Of a stretch of DNA of 64,000 nucleotides, positions 39,111 to 51,200 are shown in pieces. The stretch lies in contig OZ004607.1 in assembly GCA_963924565.1 (NCBI GenBank), forward strand, positions 8,680,001 through 8,744,000, written 5' to 3'. Below the pieces are notes generated by a model. It was not told where the DNA came from, did no database searches, and saw only the letters and a program-made list of their open reading frames with translations. Each line of letters begins with the position of its first letter. The first letter of the stretch is position 1. Origin of the DNA: Ascidiella aspersa. Lineage: Eukaryota. A program made the translations under genes and the position numbers.

Positions 39111-40207
39111 CATTAGAAAACAGCTATTTATATTGTGTCAGCTTATTGTTTTTAAAAGTTTCAGGTACCGTAATTTAAAAAAATAGATTTTGTGTGGGTA
39201 AAACCGTGGTATTTTGCTACAAAGTATCCTAACTATTTTTTTGTGTTTAGAACACATCTAGATTATCTTTCTTTGTAACTTAAATATTTTGTCTTGTTGT
39301 ATATTTTGTTTTGTCGAGCAATTTCTGGTCGTTATTTCTGGTTATATCCAACCTTTTTGCTTAAATTTGATTTACATAAATCTAAAAACTTTTGTGTATT
39401 CCTAGAAATTTGACATTGTTTGAAATTAAGGCCACTATAAAAGTAAACCATATAAAGATTGCCTTTAGAATCCATCAAGTTAAACATGCAACTGGCCTAC
39501 TACATACTTTTGTCGTAATTACATTTTGGGTTGATTTTAATTTTTAAAGGTCCACCGCACTGTTAAAAAAATTTGTAAATTTTACCGTTAGAACAACGGT
39601 AAATATTTTACATTGGTGATTGTAAAGCGTTTTACTCTAAAATAGTGTAAAAATGTTTAATATGTTTGGCGGGAACTTTAGGCCGACCAATCAAATCGCT
39701 CGTCTCAAACGAAAGAAAAAAGTCGGTGACGTAACAGTGAAATGGAAATATTTCTTTGAGCATCCAAAAAAAACGTGGTTAGTAGAACCGGAAAAGTAAA
39801 ATATTTTGTTGGTTGTTAAATTCTTACGAAACGTTAAGAAAATAATTTAATTAGTTAATATGTTTGTAACTTAAGGATAGCAAAATAGACTCTGGTTTGG
39901 TTTATTTTAATGAGTTCATAATTTTTATAAAAAAATATCAGTGTTAAGTTAGTAGTGCATCGAGGTATATTGATTTGATAAAACCTATAACATGTGCCGA
40001 ACTGAAATATTTGAGTTTAGTAATAAGAGAAGAAATGTTTGTGTATAGTCAGGGTTAGTGTAACACATTTTTTGAGCTGTCAGTGTAAGAGAAGATAATC
40101 AATTCTATTTGATGCTTTTTAGGTTGTGGTTGTTCAGTCAAATATGTAAATTTATGTATTTATATTGTAGGTTACTTGCTGCTCATTTCGTAATTCGAAA
40201 GTTTAAA

Positions 40208-41137
40208 ATGAATCTTAAGTGCAATTTACAAATATGTCAAAAAACCTTATGTGATTCCAAGTCTTTGCTTAGGCACCTAAAACTGCACATCCGGACTGGT
40301 TATGAGGTAAAATGTCCATTTGATAATTGTTTTATTTCACATTTTACTTGTGATTATGGATGACGCCATGTGCACTCAAATTTTACACATTTTTTGTGCC
40401 AATGCATTACCACCCTCTTAAATGTAATTAGACCTAAGTTCAGTTGTAAATGTTTTAAGAACTTCAGGTTATAACAACAAAATTATCACTTAGAATTTAT
40501 CTTGCCTGCCAAAACATTTTGAGTGTTTTTTTTTTGGCCTGTGACTATCAAAATTTCACCAACCTGTTATAACGATAGTTTAGTGTAAAGATGACATTTT
40601 TCCTTAGTGCAAGAAAATCTTGTCGTAGCGTTAATTCTTATAAATTCAACTTTGTAAAGTTAGTGACTTTTTACAGAACTTTTGCTGAGTTGAACATTAA
40701 AGAAATAAAAGAAAAACTGAAATTAAAACCAAACACAGAGTTGGCCAAATCATATAGTTTGTTTGATATTCTGTCAAGTTTTTTTAAAGAAGAGGTGTCC
40801 GATATATACAAATGCTATTCGGTAAGTCTATCTGATTTGTTAATTTTATGACATCTAAATGCTAACCATTTAAACCAGATCAATTGCTATAGTTTGAATT
40901 TAAAGGAAATTTAATAGTTATGTAAGGTTGGATAAAAGTTTTTAAGAATAATAATTGTACATTCTTAGGGTCAGATATTTGATGTAATTTATTACATAAG
41001 TTTTATTTTGCAGAGCAACACTCTTTTTGAAAATATAGTTGAAGATGCACCAGCGACACCTTTTATTGTAGTGCTAGGTAAAGTTTTTGCTAGTAATAAT
41101 GTTGTTACAAAATCACTTAGTAAACATAACTAATTAC

Positions 41138-41175
<38 letters not shown>

Positions 41176-42142
41176 ATTGGTTGCGCTATGCGATCATTTT
41201 ATGAGCATGTATGTTTTCTCAACTTGGAACCTGAAACCATAAAACCAAACAAGTTGCTTGTGCAGTGCAACTGTATTACCAAGACAGGCTACAATGCTGT
41301 TAAAGCCTAACTTTAATCTTTGCCTTTTTTGATAATGGTTGTTGAATAAAGATAGGTTGATGGGTTTTAGCATATTACTTTTGTCAGTTAAGTTATGCTA
41401 TTGTTTGTTATGTTGAATAGGTATGACTCCTGTTGATGCCACAAAATTTGTTGTCTTGGTAGAAAAAAATTTGGCCTGCACATTCAGTGACTTTTTTCAA
41501 GCATTTGTCTACCAATTTTGCTCATTTTATGTTTTCAACATGGTATATCCAAAAAGGCTGTGAAATATTGCTGGAGTTTGTGCAAAGGTATGGTTTTACT
41601 TTGTAATTTATCATTTTTTAATTTAATATTTAAAACAGTGCTTCCACTGGATGATAATAGTAAAAATTACACATATTTTCGCCTTGGGAAGTTTAACAGA
41701 AATAACTTGACTATCTTAGACTTTTTGCCTGTAGGTTTTTTTACTTTGCTTCATCGTTATCATATTGATTAAATTTTAATTTTAAATATACTAAGCCAAT
41801 TTGCGACTTCAATAGATGACGCCAGTGAGTAATAAGTTACCATAAATGCACATGTGTAAATGTATTAGGTTAATAATGGTCATAGTTTTGGTTAGGGGTT
41901 TAGTGGTAACCATCCTTTGTATAGCCTACCGTTTAACCTGCAGTCATGTTACATTATTAAATTTTAAACAGAAAAAAAATACAATCTGTAGCGGTATTTT
42001 ATTGTTTGAGATACAATCACTTTGGCTTTTTGTTATTTTCAGATACTTTGCGGCATTAGATAGAAGAGGTATAAAGCGGAAGCGGAAGGATGTCCACCCA
42101 AGGGTTTTACGCCTTTGCAATTTGATTGCAAAAGGAACCTAA
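40208..42142 (+). pseudogene. Transposon-borne spliced gene remnants: N-terminal C2H2 zinc finger plus C-terminal exons of a CMC accessory ORF
   Basis: MNLKCNLQICQKTLCDSKSLLRHLKLH..KCPFDNC at 40208-40363. GT-AG exons ending 40821, then 41014-41077 (APATPFIVVLG), 41421-41587 (FYVFNMVYPK/GCEILLEFVQR, with a 1-nt frameshift in the A-run) and 42043-42142 (RGIKRKRK..*). Confidence 0.65.
41138..41178. repeat. (TA)n microsatellite
   Basis: Direct reading of the sequence. Confidence 0.9.
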
Positions 42143-43607
42143 ATCCAATTCCAACAAATAAACGTCAAACACAGTGTTCAGTATCGTGTTTGCTTGCCTA
42201 TTTGAAAATAAACTAAAAAAAGGAAAGTGGGGTACTAAAAAAATGAAATTTAGTGTTATTAGAATTACAGAAAAAATCCTTAAAATTTTCCAGACTATAA
42301 ATTCTGTAAAAATTACACGAATTTCCCGTGCAGCAGTTTTACCTCAAAATCTAGTAATAATTACCTGCAAAAATGGTGTGAAAATTACATTATTACGCAG
42401 TAAATTTTACAGGCAGAAATCCATATTTACAAAAATTAGTCAGTAATTTTTACCAGTTATTCAACAGTAAAATTTTTACAGTGTTTCCATGTAAAACTGC
42501 TGCACAGGAAAATCGTGTAATTTTTACAGAATTTTTTTAACAGTGCGGTCCGCAAAATTTGTTTTGTAACTTTACTGGTCCGTAAGCTAAAAAGGTTGAG
42601 AACCACTGTTATAACGCATTTTTTTGAATCCCAAAAATTCGAATCCAAATTGTAATCAGATTATAATCAGCCGTTTATATCGGGTAATTGAAACCGATAA
42701 GATGTGTTTGTCTTGTCGCGAAAAGTTATGCCTAGTCGTACCATACGCGAGTGGCGTTAGTGTTTTCTCGGGCGTCCATTATACTTGCCGATAGCCTTCG
42801 CCTAATAACTAAGGATCCATAAAATTCTGTTAGGCAAGCAAATAACATACGTGAAATGCCAGGTGCAGAGATTTCGCATTTTTTTAAAGGGCGTTAAGTT
42901 GCAAAGAAACCATCCATTGTAAAACGTGCAAATTTCGCTAGGCGGTTACATAAGGTCAACTTAAGCCAATATTCAGCATCGTGGCATTATAAACCCTCGG
43001 TATTATCGACTGCATGTCCAGAATAGAATCAAGGATGGGCGTAAAAACGTCAGACGTTATAAATCACAGACGAACCACAGAGGCTCGTTAAGTTTAAAAA
43101 AGCAATTGCTGCCAAATCTTCCTCCTCACCATTGCAATGAAAGCTGGTATATGATAACAAAAGTGATGCTCCATTTTTTGGTGTCTATTCGAGATTTGTA
43201 TACACAATACTGAGCAAGAAGGCCGTCGTAATGTGCATCTAATTCGCTATATCTATCTTCACGAAGTCGAAGTTGGACTTTCTGATCTGGCGTGCAATGA
43301 AACGAAATCCAAAATTCGTCTTGGCGTATGTAATATGACATTCGCTTGGCTCAATACAAAAACAAGCTTTGCAATGACTAACTATAAGTTAATTTAAAGT
43401 AAAATGAATGATTTGCAAGTTATTAGAAAGTAAGTGCATTTATTCGTTAGACTTCGTTTATTGGCTGTATTTGTTAATAACGTGGAGTCGTAAAACAAGC
43501 AAAAACACATTAAATACAATGCGAGTTTTTATAAGCAGTGTGGCACGAGAGTTGAGAGCCTGACCTTATCAAAGGGGTCACGAAGCATAGAATGTTGAAA
43601 ACCGCTG

Positions 43608-44568
43608 CACTACACAATGGGAATAACATTGGTTCTCTACTTGTTTGACATTCAGTAAAGCTTACAGAATGCTATGAAGACATTAAATTCCTGTTGAAAT
43701 CTTTTCAGTATTTCCAATACAAATGAAAAATAAATAAATGGTGACTTAAACATGGTTTTAATACTTCTGGGGTCACAGGCTGGTTATACTAAACATCCCT
43801 GTCTTTTGTGTCTTTGGGCTCCAGGGCTGATATCACAACGCACAAGTTAGCTGACCACGTAGAATAAGTTTCACACCTGTTTTTGAAAGTGTTAAATATT
43901 CTTACGGATAGTTAATCCAAATTATATTGTTTTGTCACCTCTTCACATTAAACTTGTTCTCAAGAAAAACTATACAAATTCATTTGTTAAAGATGGTCCA
44001 ACCTTCAAGTTCTTGCCAATGAAGTTTCCCCGTATCTCTAAAGCTTATAGCTACAAGCAGGAGTCTTCAAGGAGCCCTAATTACGAAGAGCAAGTTAAAA
44101 AGTTTCCTAAAAGCTTTCGATATCATGGAGCGCGGATGTCGGTGAAAATGCACTTTCACCCCGATTGCTGAAAACTGCGGTGACTACAGTGAAGAACAGG
44201 GAGAGAGATTCCACCAAGACCTTCACCAGGTGGAAGAAAGGCACCAAGGATACTGGGAAGTAAATATGCTTGCAGATTACTGTTGGTGCCTGAAAAGAGA
44301 TTTTTCAATTCCAACCTTCAAAGCAAAAGTTTTTTAGTGCATAAACACAAACGTATTCTAATAAAAAAAATGACATCGTGTATGACCAGTTAGTAGTTCT
44401 TTGTGCATAATTATGAAAACAGCTAGAATAATTAAACAGGTGATAAATAAAAAATGTGAACTGATTAAAATAAACTGCTGTTATTTTGGGGTTCAGCACA
44501 AAAAATTGATTTAGAAATAGTTAAACATTTTTGACCTTCGAGAAAAAAATTTTAAACGCAGCTCAGTG
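43608..44568 (+). mobile_element. Decayed, 5'-truncated DNA transposon, Chapaev3-like (CMC) transposase pseudogene
   Basis: Frameshifted or stopped segments: LHNGN..HSVKLTECYEDIKFLL, GDLNMVLILLGSQAGYTKHPCLLCLW, LSPLHIKL, MSVKMHF, SEEQGERFHQDL..EERHQGYWEVNMLADYCWCLKRD. Right end ...GCTCAGTG followed by TAA. Family assignment is from recalled motifs. Confidence 0.75.
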
Positions 44569-46373
44569 TAATTAATCCCTTAACGTGCGCTTTTATAATT
44601 TCAAATACTTGAACCATGTTATAATAAATTAATGATTGGCGGCTTGATACAAGTTAGCCAACTGTTTTCGCATCAGGCAACGAAATTAATAAAATACTAT
44701 TACTGTACTTTAAAAATTAGTCACTAGAAGCAGTATAGAGTCAATCACAAAGTCCTCTTACTCTTAATATCTATCTAATACAGTGGTTCTTTTTGAGACA
44801 GGCCCCCCTTTTACAATTTTAACCAAACTCGCGCCCCACCTTGTTTCAAAATCAAAAAACAATAAGCATAACAGCAACTTATTTCTAGGTAAGTTGCATT
44901 AATGCAAAGGATGTTTTTAACCCGGCCTAACTGTTTTTAACCCAGCCTAACCTAGGGTTGCTATATTTTGAAACGCGGAATTTCTGACAAATTTACCGCG
45001 GTTTCAGTGGCCAATTCCAGATCAGGGACCTTAAAAACACTCAAAAATGACGTCAAAAATCTCTAAAAATGGGGTGGAGTATGGATTTGGGGGCTTTAAG
45101 AATACATTTTAAGTTACAATAAACTGGAAAATAGATTAGTAATGCTTTTTTGCCATTGTTTAATATAAAAATTACAAGGCTTCTGTGTTTTTAAAGAAAA
45201 ACGTACAGTATCGTGTTAGGGGAAGTCCCAGATTTTAGCAAATTTTACTGTTGTAATTTGGAGTGTCTACGGAGCCCCTAAATCTTGTCCAATTGTTTTA
45301 TAAACTTATGAAACTGATTTTTATGTGACACATAATGGGAAATCAAGCCGAAAACATAATTTTTCAAAAAAAAGTTAAATCTGAAACACGCAAAAACTCT
45401 TCAAAGCGAAAACAAAATGATTAAAAAGCCATAAACCTGGTAGTGTGTGACGCAACAATGAACAATATTTTTGAACAATTAACAGTATTAGCACTTTCTC
45501 TGTGAATATTCGAGCTATTTATTGAACAGTACGAAAAATTAAACAAATTTTGGTATTAACAAATAGGCTATCGTTATTAATCGCATGCGTGCGTGCGGCC
45601 CACACCATGTTTTCCTCGAATGGCCGATGAGAGCGGGTAACTTAATCACGTGATTAATGCGTTAGCATAAAGTTTTTGTGGAATCATCTCCTCACAAAAC
45701 GAAAATACTAACCTTAAAATCAACAGGAATATTCTACACAACAGAAAAAACTAATGTGTGATAACTCGATGTTGTCTATTCAATGATCACCATAAAGTTT
45801 AGTCATAATTAATACAGATTTTACATAATTAATACAGAACACTGGTATGCAAATAAAACAACTGGTAAAGGTTCGCGCAAAGGAAATTAAAGGGTGTTGC
45901 CGTCTGACTGATTTCTTTAAAATGTTTTTTACACAGTGTTGTATAAACAAGCCATTTTGAAATTACTTAAGTCCCAGTGCAAATAAATAACAAGTTACGT
46001 CCAAGTCCGTGATATACGCCTTGACCAATTAAAGTAACTTAACAGTGCTTTGTTCAATATCGAGAATGTATTTTACCTATTCTTTAAAAATAGTTATAGG
46101 CTTCATTTACTATATTAGATAGATTAAATAAAAGCACGTTAAAAAAAGTTATCATTATTTAGGAGCAGGGAGCTACGTGTGGGTGCGAGCCAAACCTCTA
46201 CACGAGCTTATGGACGTGCAACGAAGGGTTAAGAACTACTGGTCCAAAGTTATAACGAAGAGGAAAACTAGTAATACGAAGCAGTAGAGTTTGCAGATGG
46301 CCACTGGCCACACTTTTTTGCATATAGTTCGTTGTGCAAAAATAGCAGTAAAAGGAAGAGACCTGGTAAATTG

Positions 46374-47000
46374 CACCCGATCCGTTACAAATTAGTGCAT
46401 TTCTAAGCAAAAAGGTCTACGACAATTAGTGCATCCAAAGGATCAAAAAGTCCGAATTTTAGACTTTGAGGTCTCGGACAATGCACTAATTTGACTTAAC
46501 AATGTGCTTCAAAAGATTAAGTTTAATAATACTTGACCTACCTAAACCCAAACGCTAACCAGCACCCTAACCCAAATAATGTGCATTGAATTAATAATTA
46601 CATAATAACATAAACGCTTTAGGCTCCAATACCTCAATTTGTGACGTAACAATCTTATGGTACCATAGACGAGAAACTATCTTAAGCCCACCCGAGTTTG
46701 GGCTTTTTTACCAGCATTCAAATAATTATTACATTAACGCACATTATTTGGGTTAGGGTTCGGGTTAGCGTTTGGGTTAGGGTGGGTCAAGTGTTATTAA
46801 TGCTATATCTCACACTTTTTGTAATCTTTTGTGAATGTTCAGCGAATATTTTCAATTTATCTACGCTGGGAGTTTTAAAGGTCCAAATTAGTGCATTGCC
46901 AGGACCTAGGTCTAAAAGTCTAGACTTTTCTGCCATTGGATGCCCTAATTATCGTAGACGTTTTTGCTTAGAAATGCACTAATTTCTAACGGATCGGGTG
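46374..47000. mobile_element. Foldback/MITE-like element with long imperfect inverted arms
   Basis: CACCCGATCCGTTACAAATTAGTGCATTTCTAAGCAAAAA...TTTTTGCTTAGAAATGCACTAATTTCTAACGGATCGGGTG. The arms extend inward over 200 bp and include CCCTAA/TTAGGG-like tracts. Confidence 0.8.
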
Positions 47001-48231
47001 TAAATTGAGTACTATATTTTACTAGCACAATGGACCGCTTAAGTTAGTTCTTAAAAAATTGTGTTTGAATCTTTTTGAAAATGCAAGTTTAAGATTTCCT
47101 TGACAAGTTTACTCTAAATAACGCAAGCGGTCCTAACATGCCTATTTTTTTCCTGAAAGTGTGCATTTTTAAATTGACGAACAAAGGTCATGGGGTAATC
47201 CCCCGAAGCCATACCGAGAAAAAGTAAAAGGAACAGCTGTAGATTTCTGAGTTTTAGTTTGGCTTGGCTTGGCAGTATCGTCGCACGCAGTAGGCAAGAG
47301 GCGATTGCATTTCTCTGGCTTTAAAGTCATTATATATTTGCCAGCCTCTTCGAATCGCTCTTTTAAAAGGCCTACCCGACTTTTAAAGTGATTAAATGCA
47401 TGCCCCTTTCCGCGTTAATGCTATAAGAAGGAAGCTATTGTAGTCAAGTGGAAGACAAATAAGTTAGATTTTGTATGAATCTATCGATTGTGTGCTGTAT
47501 TTTAAGCCATATAATTGTTGATTTACAACTGGTATCTAACTTTTAAAGATGTTTTACGATAATAATCATTTTGGGACAAAGTCTATAATTGGCAAGAGTT
47601 ATACTAGGCCACTGTGGAAAGTATGGCAAATGCACCAAAAGTTGGTTTTAACAGATCAAACCTACAATTCGAAAATTGAATATGCAGCAGGGTTTTCCTG
47701 GTGTGGTACACTTTTGACTTTTGGTACAGCTGGTCACCCCCCTTTTTTGCCCTGCACCTATACCAGGTCTTCTCGAGATCTGCTATACTTTTCAGAAAGT
47801 TCACTTGGTACATTATTTGACTAATCATTAAGGATTTTTGTTTCCATTCTAAATTTAGTCTTTAAGCATGCTAAAGGTTCAATTGCCACACATGTTGAAG
47901 CATAAATATTAAACAACCTTCATTGAACCCTATAAAAAATTGTAGAAAAATAGTTTGTAAAAAGGAATTGGTAATTACTAAGTATTCACTTGGGTATAGT
48001 TTTAAATTTATAATGAATTTATAATTCATTGTTGAATTCCAGAAAGAGCTAAAGATTTGTAAAGGAATTGTTTTACTTGAATAACCTTGCCTTGTATTTT
48101 TTAAATAAATGTTATTGAATCATTTTTGAGCAGATATAAAAAAGGTGTTTTGTGTAACACAAGTTTCTTTATTGCCCAGTATAATTCGTTAAATGTTTTG
48201 TAATATTTAAAGTTTTTTGTATGTGTGCAAC

Positions 48232-51200
48232 ATGAAAGTCACCAAACAGAAGGAGCTGAAAAGTAACCCTTTAAAAAATGCTAACTACCTTTCCATGATC
48301 ACCTTTTGGTAAGCTGTAAATACTGTTTTTAAATTTGGTATTTTTGTTAAATATTTATAAAGTGTTGAGTTGCCTATGTGTGTGTTTAAACATTAAAGTG
48401 AAACTAGATCCCTGATTTAGATACAATCTGAATAAAAAGCAATGCTGTCTTGACTTAAGATAATGATGTAGTGGTCAATTTTAATAGTTTAATGTTTTAT
48501 TTATTATGTCAATGACTTGCCTTGAAGTTTACTTGGCTGTAATAATATATTGACTGGGGCTTGACTTGGGTAATTGATAACTTTGACTTGTCTTGTTTTT
48601 TCTCCAAAATACTTAACTACATGTTTATTTTACAAATAATTCTACTGCGACTTGTGTCATTTTAAAATGACTTGTTTACATCTCTGATAAGTGCTTCTTT
48701 TGAACTATTGAAATAAATAAATTCTAATTACTTAACGTTTTCAATAGTGTTATTGCTGTGTTAAACATGGTTTTACAGTAAACTTTAATAATTTACTTCT
48801 GACATACTTCAAATTTATAATATATAAAGTGTATTGCTCTTTTCTTTGCAAGATTGAAGATTTTTCCTAATATGTTAAATATGGTCAATATATTGAATTT
48901 CATTTAAGTAAATTGACATGGCTTTATTCATTATATTTACGCTAAACTTTTTCTTTCAGGTGGCTTAATGGGTTTTTCCGGCAAGGTAAAGAGCGCGATC
49001 TACAAGAGACTGACATGTTTGAGTTGCTTAAAATGGATCAGTCGAACACCATTTGCGACAAGCTTGAAAGGTGTTTACTGTTTACCATATTTATTTGACT
49101 TTTTTTGCTTTAAATAACCAACACATAAAAATTAGTATTATTTATTTATAACAGCAGCTGAGTAATGCGATTCACATGGTAAACCCTATGATCTAGCGCT
49201 AATAAAGTAGTACTTACCAATGATTAGGGCTAGGGGTGTCTAATACCCGGTATTTTGGAAAAAAGTTTCGCAATTTTATCTGATACCATTGGCGTCATTA
49301 CTATAGTCCAGTGATTCTTAACCGGTGCGCCGTGGTGGGCCATGGAAGGTTGTCAGGTGCGCCGCGAGCAAAAGGAAGAAAAAAAAATAACAACAAATAT
49401 ATATATATATATTTTACTCTTCTATTAAGCTTAGCTCATTGATTTCACAGTACTTTAAAGTAGAAAACATAATAAGAATTACAAAGCAGCAATATCTAAA
49501 TCAGATAATCTATAATACCATAGTAATAAAACCACCGACATAATAACGCCAAATTTGCAGGAATAACCACAACAGATTAAGATCTGAAATAGTCTAGATA
49601 GGACCATGTTAAAATAAGTCCAAAATTAATCTGAATAAGACTTAAATGAACAAAATAACGCCTAAGACTGTAGGGAAAGGGTATAGGATGATTGGGGACA
49701 ACCTGTCTGGCATTGGCCGTTTGCTGTCAACATTTGGACGCCGCTATTTTGGCCACGGATTTTTTGCACCTGTTTTGGCTTATGGGTGATGTTAGCAATT
49801 TGGTTAGAGTTGAAAATATGAAGAGAGTTAGTGATAGTTATGCATTGGATTTGGAATTAGACAAAGGTTGTATAGGCCTTATTTGGGCCATATGGGTCTG
49901 ATTCCAATTTCGTCATTATTACGACTATTAGATATTAGTCCTATGTACGCCTTATTCCTAACTGTCTTTTATTCCAAAGTTGATGTTGTTCCAATTTTGG
50001 TCTCAAGGCTCCCTTTAAAGATTTGCAACTTCCTATATAATGCCATTATAATGAAAAATTGCAAGCAATTTAAAGAGTCCTTTTAAAGATTTGAAACTTA
50101 AAAGCCTATTAATTAAAAATTGCAAGCAATTTAAAACAAATACCGGTACACCTCAAAAATTTCGCACTCGCTTCGCTCGCAAGGTACGCCGCCATGTTTT
50201 CATATGTCTCTAGGTGCGCCCCCAAGTAAAAAAGGTTGAGAAACACTGCTATAGTCAAATAAACAAAATACATCAAAATGCAATGGTGATAATTTTTAGG
50301 TTATTAGGGTGAAATTAGCTTTTGTGCTAGTTTATCTTTAATTTTAAATGTAATGTTTTCAAGGAAATTTGCCTTTGAAGGTGGAAAACTTTAGGTTAAA
50401 ATGCAACACATGACTAAATTGCACAAATTAATTTGGTATCAGATTGGCACTGTTTCAGAGAACTGATACTATCACTTGGCATCAGATGTCGGCTTTGATT
50501 CATATTATCAGACATCCCTAACTATCACATACTCATAAATGATATACGGTGTGTGCTCGGAAAGGTTTTCTAGCTTATTTGGCCTAACCAGCAGGTTTTG
50601 TTCAATTAAAATCAATATGGAACTATGCACCAGTATTTGACCTTTCAGGTTAGCATAGGTCAAGAGTTCAAACCTCACCACAGACTATTTTTTAGCCTTG
50701 CAGGAAATCCCCTATTAGGCGAACTGATTTTGGTGAAAGATTCTCTATAAATACCTGGTTTATCATTTGTAACACCCCTATAGCTTATCTTTTATTGTTA
50801 ACATTTGTTCACTCTATCAAAGCATAACTTAAGCTTAAAATTGTTTTGTTATTTTCAGAAACTGGAATAAAGAGCTTGAGGCATATCATGCCACCGGCAA
50901 AAAGCCAAGTCTTTTTAAAGCCGTTGGTCGAACTTTCTTTCTTCGCTGGCTGGTCTTTGGTTTAGTTGCCTGCTTAGAGGTAAGAAAGCAAATAAAACAC
51001 TTGTTGAATTCATTACATCAAAAAGTGATTTCTTTTTTTTCATCAAATAAACTTGTAAATGTAATTATATATATGTAGCGGAATGCCATTGCATTAATAT
51101 TATATAATTTAAAAATCTTGTTTTTTTGCTTATAGATGTGGTTAAATATATGTAGAAGACTGCCATTATATTATTATAAGAATTTTTGATAATAATCGTT

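Larger units (their letters stand above)
39558..42545 (+). mobile_element. Internally deleted CACTA/EnSpm (CMC)-type DNA transposon
   Basis: TIR CACTGTTAAAAAAATT(-/C)TGTAAA...TTTACAGAATTTTTTTAACAGTG, 2-bp flanking duplication CG, many subterminal TTTTAC/GTAAAA motifs. It appears inserted in a hAT MITE whose right end (GGTTGAGAACCACTG) is at 42594-42608. Confidence 0.8.
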
